DNA of 64,000 nucleotides from Thermofilaceae archaeon (GTDB lineage: Archaea > Thermoproteota > Thermoprotei > Thermofilales > Thermofilaceae): the NCBI GenBank assembly GCA_038861545.1, contig JAWCCZ010000001.1, positions 64,001 to 128,000 of the forward strand. The letters are read 5' to 3'. Each line of letters opens with the position of its first letter. Positions within the stretch are counted from its first letter, which is position 1. Position numbers and translations under genes: made by a program. This document shows, piece after piece, positions 39,003-49,586 of this stretch. The notes under the pieces were generated by a model that made no database searches, was not told the origin of the DNA, and was given only the letters and a program-made list of their open reading frames with translations.

Positions 39003-40388
39003 TTAACTAACGGTCTTTAACCACGGGTAAAGTGAGTAGAGTTTTTCCAGACTTTTCATTACGGCTTCAGATGGATACTCACACGGTTGAAGTTTACCGC
39101 TTAAGAATTCATCGTATGCTTTCAGATCGAGAAGACCGTGCCCGCTGAAGTTGAACAGGATCACCCTTTTTTCGCCGATCCTTTTTGCCTCCAGCGCGAG
39201 ATCTACAACAGCCTTGATCGCATGCGCTGTTTCAGGAGCTGGTATGAACCCCTCAGTGCGAGTGAAGAGCTGAGCGGCATTAAAAACCTCAAGCTGGTTA
39301 TATGCAACCGACTTGAACCTGTTGTGTTTAACGAGCAGGCACAGCGTTGGGGCAGCGCCATGGTATCTTAACCCGCCGGCATGAATAGGTGGTGGGATGA
39401 AGTCATGTCCTAGTGTATGCATCTTGAGCAGTGGTGTTAATCGAGCTGTGTCGCCGTGATCGTAAGTGTAAACGCCTTTCGTCATTGAAGGACACGCTGT
39501 GGGTTCAACCGCCACAAACTGGGTGTCTATTGGAGCTTTACCAGCCATTTTCATGTAGTAGAAGGGATAAGAAACGCCTGCAAAATTACTTCCTCCACCT
39601 ACGCAACCAATAACATAATCTGGAAATCTGTCGAGTCTTTCCAGCTGTTTCATTGCCTCAAACCCCACAATTGTTTGATGAAGTAGTACGTGGTTTAACA
39701 CGCTTCCAAGGCTGTACTTAGCATCATCATGCGTTGCAGCATCTTCTACTGCTTCACTGATCGCAACTCCTAGGCTACCAGGGTGATCTGGGTTTTGTTC
39801 AAGCACGCTGCGACCTGAGTTTGTTCTCGTACTCGGGCTCGGGATAACCTCAGCTCCCCATAACTGCATTAGAACCCGTCGATAGGGTTTCTGCTCGTAG
39901 CTAACGCGAACCATATAAATTGTGCATTTTAACCCGAAAAGGTTTGTCGCGAAGGCCAAAGCAGAACCCCATTGTCCTGCGCCAGTCTCGGTTGTAAGGC
40001 GTTCCACCCCCTCTTTCATATTATAGTAGGCTTGAGCAACTGCCGTGTTCGGTTTATGCGAGCCGGGTGGGCTCATTCCCTCGTATTTATAATAAATTTC
40101 GGCGGGAGTTTTCAGAGCTCTTTCGAGTCTATATGCCCTAAATAACGGCGTTGGTCTCCACAGCCTGTAGACTTCCAGCACGTCGTCTGGAATAGGTATA
40201 AACCGTTCTGAGGACATTTCCTGGCGGATTAACTCCTTGGGGAAGATTGCCTCGAGATCGCTAGGTGACATAGGGTCACCTGTAGGCTTTAGAGGGGGAG
40301 GTAAGGGCTCGGGTAGGTCAGGAAGGATATTGTACCAGTAACGCGGGAGTTCATTTTCATCTATTAGGATTTTATACCCTGGCATCAT
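39003..40388 (-). CDS. trpB2: tryptophan synthase beta chain 2 (TrpB2)
   Basis: [44 protein letters not shown]. Confidence 0.95.
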   Translation of the reverse strand: MMPGYKILIDENELPRYWYNILPDLPEPLPPPLKPTGDPMSPSDLEAIFPKELIRQEMSSERFIPIPDDVLEVYRLWRPTPLFRAYRLERALKTPAEIYYKYEGMSPPGSHKPNTAVAQAYYNMKEGVERLTTETGAGQWGSALAFATNLFGLKCTIYMVRVSYEQKPYRRVLMQLWGAEVIPSPSTRTNSGRSVLEQNPDHPGSLGVAISEAVEDAATHDDAKYSLGSVLNHVLLHQTIVGFEAMKQLERLDRFPDYVIGCVGGGSNFAGVSYPFYYMKMAGKAPIDTQFVAVEPTACPSMTKGVYTYDHGDTARLTPLLKMHTLGHDFIPPPIHAGGLRYHGAAPTLCLLVKHNRFKSVAYNQLEVFNAAQLFTRTEGFIPAPETAHAIKAVVDLALEAKRIGEKRVILFNFSGHGLLDLKAYDEFLSGKLQPCEYPSEAVMKSLEKLYSLYPWLKTVS

Positions 40389-40503
40389 ACGCTTAGGTAG
40401 GTGCCAAGGTTATCTTTTTCTGCTCTTAAACATTCATTAATCCGAAAAGGTACATTATTATGTAAGATAAACCTTTAAAGTTGATATTTGTATATTTTAA
40501 TAC

Positions 40504-41034
40504 ATGAAGCTATGGGACGAAGTTGAGAAGGAATTTGATAGAAGCGAATCTAGGAGAAAAGTTGTTATAACGCTTTTAATGCATGGTTTAAGTGTAAAGG
40601 AGAAAGAACGCAGAGGCAGAAGGGTCTCGGGTATATTTCTGGGCGATATACCTGTTCCCTACAAAAGTCTCTCGCAAGTGTGCGGGGTAGACTGGAGGAC
40701 TGTAAAAGAGACGGTAGACGTAATTAGAAAGAATTTCTTCCTTAGAGAGTTTTTCGAGAAAGTGGAAAACGCGGGGCCTTTCTTCAGAGGCGTTACTAAA
40801 CTCTTAGGTTACAGGTGCATAGTTGTAGAGACTGTTAGGGATCAGCCGGGCATTATTGCCTATATCTCAAGTTTGCTTGCGGAGAAAGGTATCAATATTC
40901 TACAGGTAGTAGCAGAGCATCCCTTACTAGTGCGAAGTCCAAAGCTTTATGTGATCATCGAAGGGGAAGTTCCTGGCGATTTCGTACCGAAAGCTTTACA
41001 GCACCAAGCGATTAGAAGCGTCACTGTCTATTAG
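40504..41034 (+). CDS. ACT-domain amino-acid-metabolism regulator (COG2150-like)
   Basis: CGVDWRTVKETV, PGIIAYISSLLAEKGINILQVVAEHP. Confidence 0.85.
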   Translation: MKLWDEVEKEFDRSESRRKVVITLLMHGLSVKEKERRGRRVSGIFLGDIPVPYKSLSQVCGVDWRTVKETVDVIRKNFFLREFFEKVENAGPFFRGVTKLLGYRCIVVETVRDQPGIIAYISSLLAEKGINILQVVAEHPLLVRSPKLYVIIEGEVPGDFVPKALQHQAIRSVTVY

Positions 41035-42028
41035 ATTCGCTCCTGCTTTCATGATCATTTAACCATGAGTCAATAATAACTGCTGTCTTCCTACCGTTTT
41101 CCATTGCTCTCCATACAGTGCTAGGTCCGGTTGCCACGTCGCCGGCAGCAAATATTCCCTTAACATTTGTCGCCATATTCTTATCCACCTTAATCCTACC
41201 ATCAGCTTCTAGCTCTATACCGAGCTTCTCCAAAGTATCGGGCGGTGTAGGTACAAGGCCCGCCGCAATGAAAAGGGTATCCGCCTCTATGGTTCTTTCT
41301 GTGCCTGGAATAGGCTCAACAGGCTTGGCTCGATCCTCAGTAGCTTTCACATCAATTACTTTTAACCCCTCAACGCTATCCGATCCTACCACTTCGATGG
41401 GTAAGACGCTATCTACCACGCGAATTAGACCTTTTTCTGCGAGCTTTGCAAGAAGCGAACCTGCAGGGGCAATTTTTAACGGTCTGCGGTAAACAAGTAT
41501 TGGCGTTATTCCGAAGTTTCTATACAATAGCTCGCAAACATCCACGGCTGTAAGACCTGCACCGATAATGATAACTTTCTCCCCCGGCTCTTTAGGAATA
41601 CTTTCGTAACCTAGCTTATACAACATGTAGCTGTGAATCCATTCAAGAGCGTGTATTACTTGGGCTTTCTCTTCTCCCTTAATCTCAAGCCTTTTGCTTC
41701 TCCAAGTTCCAGTAGCTATAACTATGGCATCGTATTCTCGCTTTAAACCTATGACTTCTTGTCCAGTAACTTGATGGCCAGTATGGAAGGTAACACCTAT
41801 TTGTTCGAGTTCTTTTATACCGCTTCTAACAGCTTCCTTTGGAAAACGGAAATCGGGTATCACAAATAGTAGCATCCCACCCGGCTCGGGGAATCTATCA
41901 AAAACGTGTACTTCATGCCCTTTACACGCCAGTTCGCCGGCAGTAGCCAACCCGGCTGGACCTGCGCCGATTACAGCTACTTTAAATCCTGTTTCTGGAC
42001 TCTGGTTTTCACATTTGATGAAACGCAT
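41021..42028 (-). CDS. FAD/NAD(P)H oxidoreductase, glutamate synthase small-subunit-like, without the Fe-S N-domain
   Basis: IGAGPAGL, PGGMLLFVIPDFR, IIGAGLTAVD, FAAGDVATGP. Confidence 0.85.
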   Translation of the reverse strand: MRFIKCENQSPETGFKVAVIGAGPAGLATAGELACKGHEVHVFDRFPEPGGMLLFVIPDFRFPKEAVRSGIKELEQIGVTFHTGHQVTGQEVIGLKREYDAIVIATGTWRSKRLEIKGEEKAQVIHALEWIHSYMLYKLGYESIPKEPGEKVIIIGAGLTAVDVCELLYRNFGITPILVYRRPLKIAPAGSLLAKLAEKGLIRVVDSVLPIEVVGSDSVEGLKVIDVKATEDRAKPVEPIPGTERTIEADTLFIAAGLVPTPPDTLEKLGIELEADGRIKVDKNMATNVKGIFAAGDVATGPSTVWRAMENGRKTAVIIDSWLNDHESRSESNRQ

Positions 42029-42069
42029 ACCCTTTTTAGGAGGTGGAACGTTTAACCCTTGTGGTTGTC

Positions 42070-42441
42070 ATGAGCTTTAGCGAGATACTTGAAGCCTACC
42101 GCTTGAAGCTTATCGAGGCTATAACCTTCCTTACAGCTTTTATCGAGTTAAAAGAAGACTCCGACCTACTAAGAGCGGCTGCGGTGCTCATTGATGCAAG
42201 CGAGCACGCATATGCTCCTCTGGCCGCTTATGGACAGGCTATACTGGCTGTCATATGCTTTGAGGCTGGGATGAGGTTACGGGAAAAAGTTAGGCAGCTC
42301 AGAGAAAGAGGATTAGAGGAGGAAGATTTAGAGTATGTTTACGACGTTAGGGCTTACCTTAAAAGGATAGCCGATTCGATAGAGAGTGGAGAATACGAAA
42401 AAAGTTACGAGTTGATGCTTAACCGCCATAAAGGTGAGTAA
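42070..42441 (+). CDS. hypothetical alpha-helical protein
   Basis: ORF with normal composition; ATG at 42070; no family recognised. Confidence 0.6.
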   Translation: MSFSEILEAYRLKLIEAITFLTAFIELKEDSDLLRAAAVLIDASEHAYAPLAAYGQAILAVICFEAGMRLREKVRQLRERGLEEEDLEYVYDVRAYLKRIADSIESGEYEKSYELMLNRHKGE

Positions 42442-42844
42442 TAGGTGCTCCCCCTCTCTCTACTATAATTATGTAGCCCCAGCCGACAGAAGTAATGTAG
42501 GTCCTGCACAATATGTAATCTTATTTGTTCGCAGGCAAGATTCTTCTCCCTTTACCACGAAAACCTAGAAGGTAAACCTTACAACAGCCATATGCATGCT
42601 GTCTCATACCATTTATATAGAAGAACTTAACTTGATAGAGAGTCATTTTTCTTCTTAGCTGAAGGATGACCCTGAGTTTTTAAACTTATAAGTTAAACAT
42701 CTTTCTCTAGTTATTTTATCCAATTTAACGTTTATAAAAATAACTTTGCTATGTACCCCCTATGCTCTGACTCTACTGCACGTAAACTTAACCTAGGGAC
42801 ACAATATTTAAAACGGAAGCTAAGAATCCATCTTCGGTGAAGAC

Positions 42845-44209
42845 TTGACATTTCCCTATCCCGCTGAAGAAGTAATCCTAAGGGCTAAACCCAAGGTCAC
42901 AACAGCACTTGTCCTAACAAATGTCGCAGTATATGCTTTAACAAGCTTAGATTACTCATTTTTACAAGTATCAGATCAATGGCTGTGGTGGGGGGCTTTT
43001 ATACCAGCGTACCTCAGCAACTGGCGTCAAGCATATAGGATACTTACATCAATGTTCCTGCACGCTAACATTGCCCATATTTTCTTTAATATGCTTTTTC
43101 TCTACAACTTCGGTAGACAGGTCGAAGCGACTTTAGGAGGTAAACGCTACTTGCTTTTATACTTTGGATCCGGTTTAGCAGCTGAGGTTTTTCACACAGC
43201 TTTCATTCCCATTGAGGGACCACTCTCAGCTGTCACACCGGCGATTGGTGCTTCAGGAGCTATTAGCGGTGTGCTAGGTGCATATTTGCTGCTTTTTCCA
43301 GGTAGTAGGCTTTCAATGTGTTTTTTCTATCTTCTTTTCCCAATTTGCATCACAACTAACGCTGCTGCTTACTTAATCTTTTGGTTCGCGATGCAGGTGT
43401 TGCAGGGTTACGCTGGAGCGAGCGCAGGCGTAGCTGTTTTCGCTCATGCGGGAGGTTTCCTGGGTGGCATTGCAATGCTACCCTATGTTATCGATAGACA
43501 CAGGCATAGGTTGCTGAGATCGCTCACTGCTTCGCGTAGAGCCTTAAAGTACCTTTTTCTTGGTCATGCAGGATTGAGTTTGCTAAGTAAATTCATTCTC
43601 ATTATCTTGATAGCAGCTACTGCTGCTGGAGGAGTATATTCTGCATTTTCTTCTCATGTGCTAGAAGTACCCATTAAGGTGCTACTTTTCAAGGTAGAGT
43701 ATAGGACATGCGAGTTAGGCGGTGTTTCCTGTGTAGATGGGTATGACGAAGACATCGTAATACTTAAGGTGGACGGCGAGCCTCAACCTGCAACGCAGAT
43801 AACTACCAGCAGCGTAAGAATCCTATACAATAGGCTTAATGCTATCGGCGCTCTATATGATAGATTTTACGCTGGAACAAGTAAGGCTATAGAGTGGAGT
43901 GGGGCAAGAAGGATAATGGGCGTAAATGTTGCGATAGACGTTAAGATGAATGTGATTTACGATGAAAATGGTATTATTGAGCAAAGTAAGGGCACTTTAC
44001 AGACGGATGTGCTAACGTGCACAGCCAGTACATGTACAATGGGGGGAACAGGAACATATACTTTCGATATAAATTCTCTTTATAGCCGTAGAAGGTTAGA
44101 GGCTCTCTCTTCAATAGTAACATTACTCTCCATAGTGTCATTACTCGCATGCATCGTTTCAATCGATAACGTTGTAAGGAAATCTCACGAGCTTGAAATA
44201 GTGGCATGA
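42845..44209 (+). CDS. rhomboid intramembrane serine protease with a long C-terminal extension
   Basis: SMFLHANIAHIFFNM, catalytic GASGA and AHAGG. Confidence 0.9.
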   Translation: MTFPYPAEEVILRAKPKVTTALVLTNVAVYALTSLDYSFLQVSDQWLWWGAFIPAYLSNWRQAYRILTSMFLHANIAHIFFNMLFLYNFGRQVEATLGGKRYLLLYFGSGLAAEVFHTAFIPIEGPLSAVTPAIGASGAISGVLGAYLLLFPGSRLSMCFFYLLFPICITTNAAAYLIFWFAMQVLQGYAGASAGVAVFAHAGGFLGGIAMLPYVIDRHRHRLLRSLTASRRALKYLFLGHAGLSLLSKFILIILIAATAAGGVYSAFSSHVLEVPIKVLLFKVEYRTCELGGVSCVDGYDEDIVILKVDGEPQPATQITTSSVRILYNRLNAIGALYDRFYAGTSKAIEWSGARRIMGVNVAIDVKMNVIYDENGIIEQSKGTLQTDVLTCTASTCTMGGTGTYTFDINSLYSRRRLEALSSIVTLLSIVSLLACIVSIDNVVRKSHELEIVA

Positions 44210-45363
44210 AGTATATGAAAAGCGAGGCTAGGAAAGTCTTTTCACTTTTCATTGTCTCTTCATCGCTAGCTTCCTTATCCCATTCACTATGGTATACACT
44301 TTTCCCATTGTATCTAGAGCGTCGGGGTTTTCAGCTGTGGGAGATAGGTTTCGCTTCAAGCCTTGCTACAACTCTTTCCTTTATACTAGCGTTGCCTGCA
44401 GGGTTTATAGCTGACATAGCGTCTCTCCGGTCTTCACTTGTTTTAGCTGCTATAGCTCAGACTATAACACTTCACCTGCTTAAGGATGCCTCTACATCGC
44501 TGTTGGTAGTTTCTATAGCGGCCTACACGTTTTTCGCTACTCTTCGGGGGCAAGTCTCGTTGCGTCTTCTTTCGATGCTTGGCTCCCGAGGGTGGGCTCT
44601 CAAATATTCGGCTTTCCTCTTTTTCTCAAGCCTGGCTAGCGTAATAGGGCCTTACTTCTCAGGTTTAATCGTTCAGCAAACCGGTTTCGACGAACTTTTC
44701 ACGATCAGCGAAACTGTGCTGCTAGCATCGACGCCTATTGCTGCAATGGTGAACTTTCATGAATCGAGACAAGAGCGCACTTCAAGGCTGAAGGTAGTTT
44801 GGCGTACAGCACACAGTCAAGAGTTGCTGTTACTAACATTTTCATTAGCACTTCATGATTTTTCGGTTTTCGGTGTGATGTCCTACACAACGCTTTTCCA
44901 ACTCAACGTGCTGAAGCTTACACCGTACGAGATAGGTTCTCTCGCATCGCTGGGTTCCGCAGTCTCTCTTGCATCACAGCTTCTCGCAGGGTATTTCACT
45001 GATAGGATCGGCGCGAAAGCTGCACTTGCTTTCCATTATGTAGGTGTTTCAGCAGGTTACGCGCTAATGGGATTAAGCCGGGATTTCAAAAGTTTAGCCA
45101 CAGCTGTTATCGTGCAGAACATAGCTTTTCCGTTTGACATGCCGGCTCGAAGAAAAATTTTAACTTTCTTAGCACATAATAGTGTAGTAGCCACAGTAAA
45201 TGGTTTCTCAGATGTAGTCGTAGGAGCAGTGACGCTTCCTTCTCCTCTCTTAGGAAGCTATCTGTGGAACATCACGGGTCCCCGTACCATGCTAATATGT
45301 AGCGCTGTTCTCAACTTAACAGCATTAGCACCTTTAGCCATGCTTAGAGAGAGGCAAGGGTAA
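44206..45363 (+). CDS. MFS transporter
   Basis: About 12 TM; motif A variants AGFIAD and AGYFTDRIGAK. Confidence 0.88.
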   Translation: MKYMKSEARKVFSLFIVSSSLASLSHSLWYTLFPLYLERRGFQLWEIGFASSLATTLSFILALPAGFIADIASLRSSLVLAAIAQTITLHLLKDASTSLLVVSIAAYTFFATLRGQVSLRLLSMLGSRGWALKYSAFLFFSSLASVIGPYFSGLIVQQTGFDELFTISETVLLASTPIAAMVNFHESRQERTSRLKVVWRTAHSQELLLLTFSLALHDFSVFGVMSYTTLFQLNVLKLTPYEIGSLASLGSAVSLASQLLAGYFTDRIGAKAALAFHYVGVSAGYALMGLSRDFKSLATAVIVQNIAFPFDMPARRKILTFLAHNSVVATVNGFSDVVVGAVTLPSPLLGSYLWNITGPRTMLICSAVLNLTALAPLAMLRERQG

Positions 45364-46120
45364 GCTGAAAGTTACTCAAATCAAGATGTAGAATTGCATT
45401 GTTCTTTATGGGCTCTAAGTCGCACTGAGGTGTCTCTTCGGCTAACTTCGCGACGCTACTCGATACGGCTAGGAAGAAATTATTATCGCTCGCATAGTAG
45501 AGTTCTCCATACTCGAGGAGGGAGGGATCAACCACGTGACGCACAACGATCATGTTACAGCTAACCTGACTATGCGGCTTTACGAGAAGTGCGAGAGTGT
45601 TAGCCATTCTGATAGCATTAGCTGCTTCAAGCTCATTGTGCAGCGATGCCACCGCTTTAACTAAGTCGTAGCTTTCTTCAAGCCTTTTCGCGAGAGCTAG
45701 GGCATAGGCATAGCTATCGACTACACCTTCAAGTTTCCTACTCAGCATACACTCTAGAACGTCCATTGCGATCCTACCATTCTGCGCAACGAACAAAATA
45801 CCGTTGTTGCTTAAGTTGATCGGGTAAGGGTGCGCGGCCGCGGTACCGAGAGGCATATCCTTGCTAGCTTTCCTGACATGGAAAATTGCCGCTAAAGGGG
45901 GAGTAAGCTGCTCTACAAGAGTTTTGGTAGATTGATCACACCAAATTTTTTCAGCGGTTTTGTAAAACAGAACGCTGCTACCAGATACCGCTGCAAGACC
46001 CCAGCCATCGCTATGAGAGTATTTCGCTAGATGGTCGTACTTAGCAGTTTGCATTAAATATTCTAACCAAGGGTTAATGAATGTTCTCTTTAGAGATGCA
46101 ACTGCTAGTAATCGACACAT
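45344..46120 (-). CDS. class II glutamine amidotransferase (YafJ/EgtC-like Ntn hydrolase)
   Basis: N-terminal MCRLL, HSDGWG, HVRKAS, HPY, QNG, DS. Confidence 0.85.
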   Translation of the reverse strand: MCRLLAVASLKRTFINPWLEYLMQTAKYDHLAKYSHSDGWGLAAVSGSSVLFYKTAEKIWCDQSTKTLVEQLTPPLAAIFHVRKASKDMPLGTAAAHPYPINLSNNGILFVAQNGRIAMDVLECMLSRKLEGVVDSYAYALALAKRLEESYDLVKAVASLHNELEAANAIRMANTLALLVKPHSQVSCNMIVVRHVVDPSLLEYGELYYASDNNFFLAVSSSVAKLAEETPQCDLEPIKNNAILHLDLSNFQLTLASL

Positions 46121-46134
46121 AACCTTACACGCTT

Positions 46135-46695
46135 TTATGCGACGGCTAATTGTTCTTCAAATATTTTTTGAAAAATACCATATGCCTGTTCCCCATAAAG
46201 GCAAACAATTACTTTATTTAGGTTCTCAGCTTTCCAAGCGAAGTTTTTAATGACTTCTGCCATAATCGTCGCGCATCTCTCCAGCGGGTAACCGTAAACA
46301 CCTGTTGAGATCGCAGGAATAGCAATGCTCTTGATTTTCAGTTTCTCAGCTTTCTCTAGGCTTGAACGGATTACTGAAGCCAGTTTTTCATCCCCTTTTT
46401 CTTCACCGTAATAGGGTCCAACAGCATGAATCACATATTTTGCTTTTAACTTGCCAGCGCCAGTTACAGCAACTTCTCCGACTGGTACCGGTCCATACTT
46501 TCTCACATATTGGTCACTTTCATCCTGTATTTCCCAACCACCTTTTCTTACAATTGCTGCAGCAACTCCTCCACCATGCTTTAGATACGAGTTGGCAGCG
46601 TTAACAATCGCATCAGCCTCGATCTCGGCGATATCTCCTTCAACTAGCTCAACGGTGAGCCGGCCACACTTGAAGATTTTACCAAAAGTTACCAT
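46135..46695 (-). CDS. macro domain protein (ADP-ribose binding/hydrolase)
   Basis: GDI, AIVNAAN, HGGGVAAAI, HAVGP, PAISTGVYG. Confidence 0.95.
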   Translation of the reverse strand: MVTFGKIFKCGRLTVELVEGDIAEIEADAIVNAANSYLKHGGGVAAAIVRKGGWEIQDESDQYVRKYGPVPVGEVAVTGAGKLKAKYVIHAVGPYYGEEKGDEKLASVIRSSLEKAEKLKIKSIAIPAISTGVYGYPLERCATIMAEVIKNFAWKAENLNKVIVCLYGEQAYGIFQKIFEEQLAVA

Positions 46696-46792
46696 ACGAG
46701 TAGCTAGTCCAATACTAGGTTTAAAACTATTTTAAGTTATGTTGACACTTAGCCGCGAAAAAGGCTTATCTTTTTAAGATTAAGGGGGTACT

Positions 46793-47935
46793 ATGCTTGA
46801 GAAGCTCGCTGAGCTTACCCTGCTTCAAAGAATACATGAGCCTTCTATCACGGTCGTAATTCCATCATATAGAGGTGGGTCAAACCTAATTAAATTAGTT
46901 AAGAGCTTGCTTGAGAGTAATTATAAGCAAGTAGAAGTTGTGGTAGTAGTAGATGAGCCCTCCGGTGAGCTTCTTGAAGAGTTGTCTACATTACGAGGCT
47001 GTAAAATTATTGCTAGAGGATGGAGGCTAGGGAAGGTTAGCGCGCTTAATACTGCTTTAAAACTTTCTCAGGGTGAGCTAGTTGTATTCCTCGATGATGA
47101 TGTTGCAGTTGAGGATCCAGAGTTTCTTCGGAAAATCTCTGAAGCCATGAAAGGTTATGAAGTTGGCGATATCAAGAAAGTTGTGACTGGTCAAGGTTTA
47201 TTATCAAAGCTTATCCACGTGGAGTATATTGCTTATAATTTTTCCAGTAAACTTATGGCTAAGCTTGCTGGAAGGTCAATAGCGATTAACGGGGCCGCGT
47301 TCGTGATGAGGAGAAAAGCTATAGAGGAATTGGGAGGTTTTCTCCCAGTAGTCTCCGAGGACTTTGACATTATGCTTCGGTCTTTCCGCGCTGGTCATAG
47401 GTTTACTTACATTGATTCAACTTATGTGCTCAATTACACACCCACTAGCTGGAGCAAATGGCTGAAACAGAGGAAACGTTGGGCAGTTGGCGTAGCTATC
47501 TTCATGAAGGATTACTTCAAAGAGCTGTGCAGGGCTTTCACTAAGATGCCGCAGGCGCTTATCCCAGGGCTTCTTTTCTCGCTTCCTTCGCTAATAACTT
47601 CAATGCTGGTGGTATTTCTTCGAAACCAGCTTTACGGTAAAGCTGTGTATGTTGTTCTTCTATCATTATCCTCATTACTGGAGAGGCTTATTCCTGCAGC
47701 CGCTGTGATAACTGTAGGTCTCCACTTCATGTACGTGGTGCCAGTGCTACTTACGGCTACATTGCTAGCTAGTCTCCATTACACTGCTGCAAGGATCATT
47801 AAGATGAAATCCTACACCTACCTGTACCCGATCTACTTACTCGTGTACCAGCCGGTTTGGTTTACTATCCTTATGGCGGGATTTTTGAGGGTTTTTCTTC
47901 TTAAAAAATCAGATGTGGACGATTGGGTTGTTTGA
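46793..47935 (+). CDS. processive GT2 glycosyltransferase with C-terminal TM helices
   Basis: GKVSALN, FLDDD, SEDFD and QRKRW (D,D,D,QxxRW set). Confidence 0.88.
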   Translation: MLEKLAELTLLQRIHEPSITVVIPSYRGGSNLIKLVKSLLESNYKQVEVVVVVDEPSGELLEELSTLRGCKIIARGWRLGKVSALNTALKLSQGELVVFLDDDVAVEDPEFLRKISEAMKGYEVGDIKKVVTGQGLLSKLIHVEYIAYNFSSKLMAKLAGRSIAINGAAFVMRRKAIEELGGFLPVVSEDFDIMLRSFRAGHRFTYIDSTYVLNYTPTSWSKWLKQRKRWAVGVAIFMKDYFKELCRAFTKMPQALIPGLLFSLPSLITSMLVVFLRNQLYGKAVYVVLLSLSSLLERLIPAAAVITVGLHFMYVVPVLLTATLLASLHYTAARIIKMKSYTYLYPIYLLVYQPVWFTILMAGFLRVFLLKKSDVDDWVV

Positions 47936-47978
47936 GAGAGTTTTAGCTTAACCGAGAGAAATAAGTAATGTCTATGGG

Positions 47979-48944
47979 TTAAACTTTAACTGGATTTAAC
48001 CAGGCTACACTATCAGTGTCACCGATCAACTCTAGCCTTAGAAAATTCTTTACTGGTAATGCTCCTTTAATCTCCAATTCTGTGAAACGACCATTTTCGA
48101 GTTTTCCCTCAACCCTTAGTTCCTCAAACATTATTCGGAAACCATCCTCCCATAGCTCTGCTTCAACCTGTTTTTCCCCGCTAGAAACAAGCTGCTTCAG
48201 CATTTTCACGCTCAAGTAAGCACCCCTAGTGTTACCGGAGAGCATCTTCACGGCTAGAGCACCATCCATCTTCACTCTAGCTAGATTTTCGCTAAACTCA
48301 AAGCTTTTTACTATAACGCCACTGGACGCGTAGAACTTACCTTTCATCAAGGCTTTGAGTATGCTGTCCGGATCCAGGTTATCAGCGTCTATTTTAACCC
48401 AGCCGCCAAGCGCATCCACAGTGTAACGGTGAACATCATCGACCGCCAACCCGTAACTGAATACGCCATTTGAGAGAGCGTAATCCCAGTGCGATCCACT
48501 ATAGCCTCGTGATATCTCGACCTCGCAACCATGGTTGTAAACCTCGATACCATGGTAACCCTTAACAGTTATAAGGTCATTACCACTCAGCATCGACCAA
48601 TATGGGTGGGCTATGAACGCAAAGCAATCGTTTTCGCGGCTCCAATCTAAGAGGTCTGTAATGCTCCGTCGAGCCTCCTGTGGAGGTGGTTCACTTAAAC
48701 CTAGTATAACTACATGGTACCGAGAGGCCGTTTTCTCGGATCCAACATCGACTTCGATGCCTGTAATTGTAACAACCTTTGAATGCGGCACTGAAGTTAC
48801 TTTGTTATGGTCGGTTATTGAGACAATCTGGTAACCAGCTGAGCCGTAGAACTCGACAACGCGTTCAGGATCAAGCCTACCGTCCGACTTAGTTGTGTGT
48901 GTATGAAGAGATGCTTTAACCCACGTGGTCTGGGGGAGTTTCAC
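47979..48944 (-). CDS. PHP-domain metallohydrolase (CehA/McbA-like)
   Basis: SLHTHTTKSDG, ITDHN, GIE, AHPYW, IEVYN, DDVH; start moved to GTG 48944 to avoid the divergent overlap. Confidence 0.85.
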   Translation of the reverse strand: MKLPQTTWVKASLHTHTTKSDGRLDPERVVEFYGSAGYQIVSITDHNKVTSVPHSKVVTITGIEVDVGSEKTASRYHVVILGLSEPPPQEARRSITDLLDWSRENDCFAFIAHPYWSMLSGNDLITVKGYHGIEVYNHGCEVEISRGYSGSHWDYALSNGVFSYGLAVDDVHRYTVDALGGWVKIDADNLDPDSILKALMKGKFYASSGVIVKSFEFSENLARVKMDGALAVKMLSGNTRGAYLSVKMLKQLVSSGEKQVEAELWEDGFRIMFEELRVEGKLENGRFTELEIKGALPVKNFLRLELIGDTDSVAWLNPVKV

Positions 48945-49025
48945 ACAACTTTCGCGGGAGGGTGGAATATCAATGTAGCGCGTGACGCGAAACGCTTTAC
49001 AAGAAGCTTTTGTAAAGCTTTTCAT

Positions 49026-49586
49026 ATGAATCGGCAAGAAGCGTTAAGATTCCTGACAGGTTATCTTAAGGACGAAAGAATGGTTAAACATTGTATAGCC
49101 GTAGGTGCTATTATGCGGGACGTAGCGAGAAAGCTTAAGGAGGATGAAAACCTTTGGGAGCTTACAGGCTTGCTCCATGACATAGATTACGATGTTACAA
49201 ACCGCGATATGACTCAGCACGGACTAGATGCAATTCACATTTTGAAGGGCTTACTTCCCGAGGTTGCGATAGATGCTATAGCTTCTCACAACGAGCATAA
49301 TGGGCACACACCTGGTAGCCCAGAGGCGGAGAGGCTAACTCATGCGCTGAGGTCATCCGATCACGCGAGCGGGCTCATAATAGCTACCGCTTTAGTCATG
49401 CCTAATAAGAGGCTGGCGGAGGTAAAGCTTGACTCGCTCATGAAGAAGTTCAAGCAGAAGGATTTCGCGAGGGGGGTAGACAGAAGTCGATTAAGGGAAT
49501 GTGAGCTGCTAGGATTAAGCTTGGAGGAATTCCTAGCTATTTCTCTAGAATCAATGAAAAAAGTAGCCGGAGAACTTGGACTCTAA
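49026..49586 (+). CDS. HD (HDIG) domain metal-dependent hydrolase
   Basis: KHCIAV, GLLHDIDY, AIASH, KKFKQKDFARGVDR; ATG 49026. Confidence 0.88.
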   Translation: MNRQEALRFLTGYLKDERMVKHCIAVGAIMRDVARKLKEDENLWELTGLLHDIDYDVTNRDMTQHGLDAIHILKGLLPEVAIDAIASHNEHNGHTPGSPEAERLTHALRSSDHASGLIIATALVMPNKRLAEVKLDSLMKKFKQKDFARGVDRSRLRECELLGLSLEEFLAISLESMKKVAGELGL

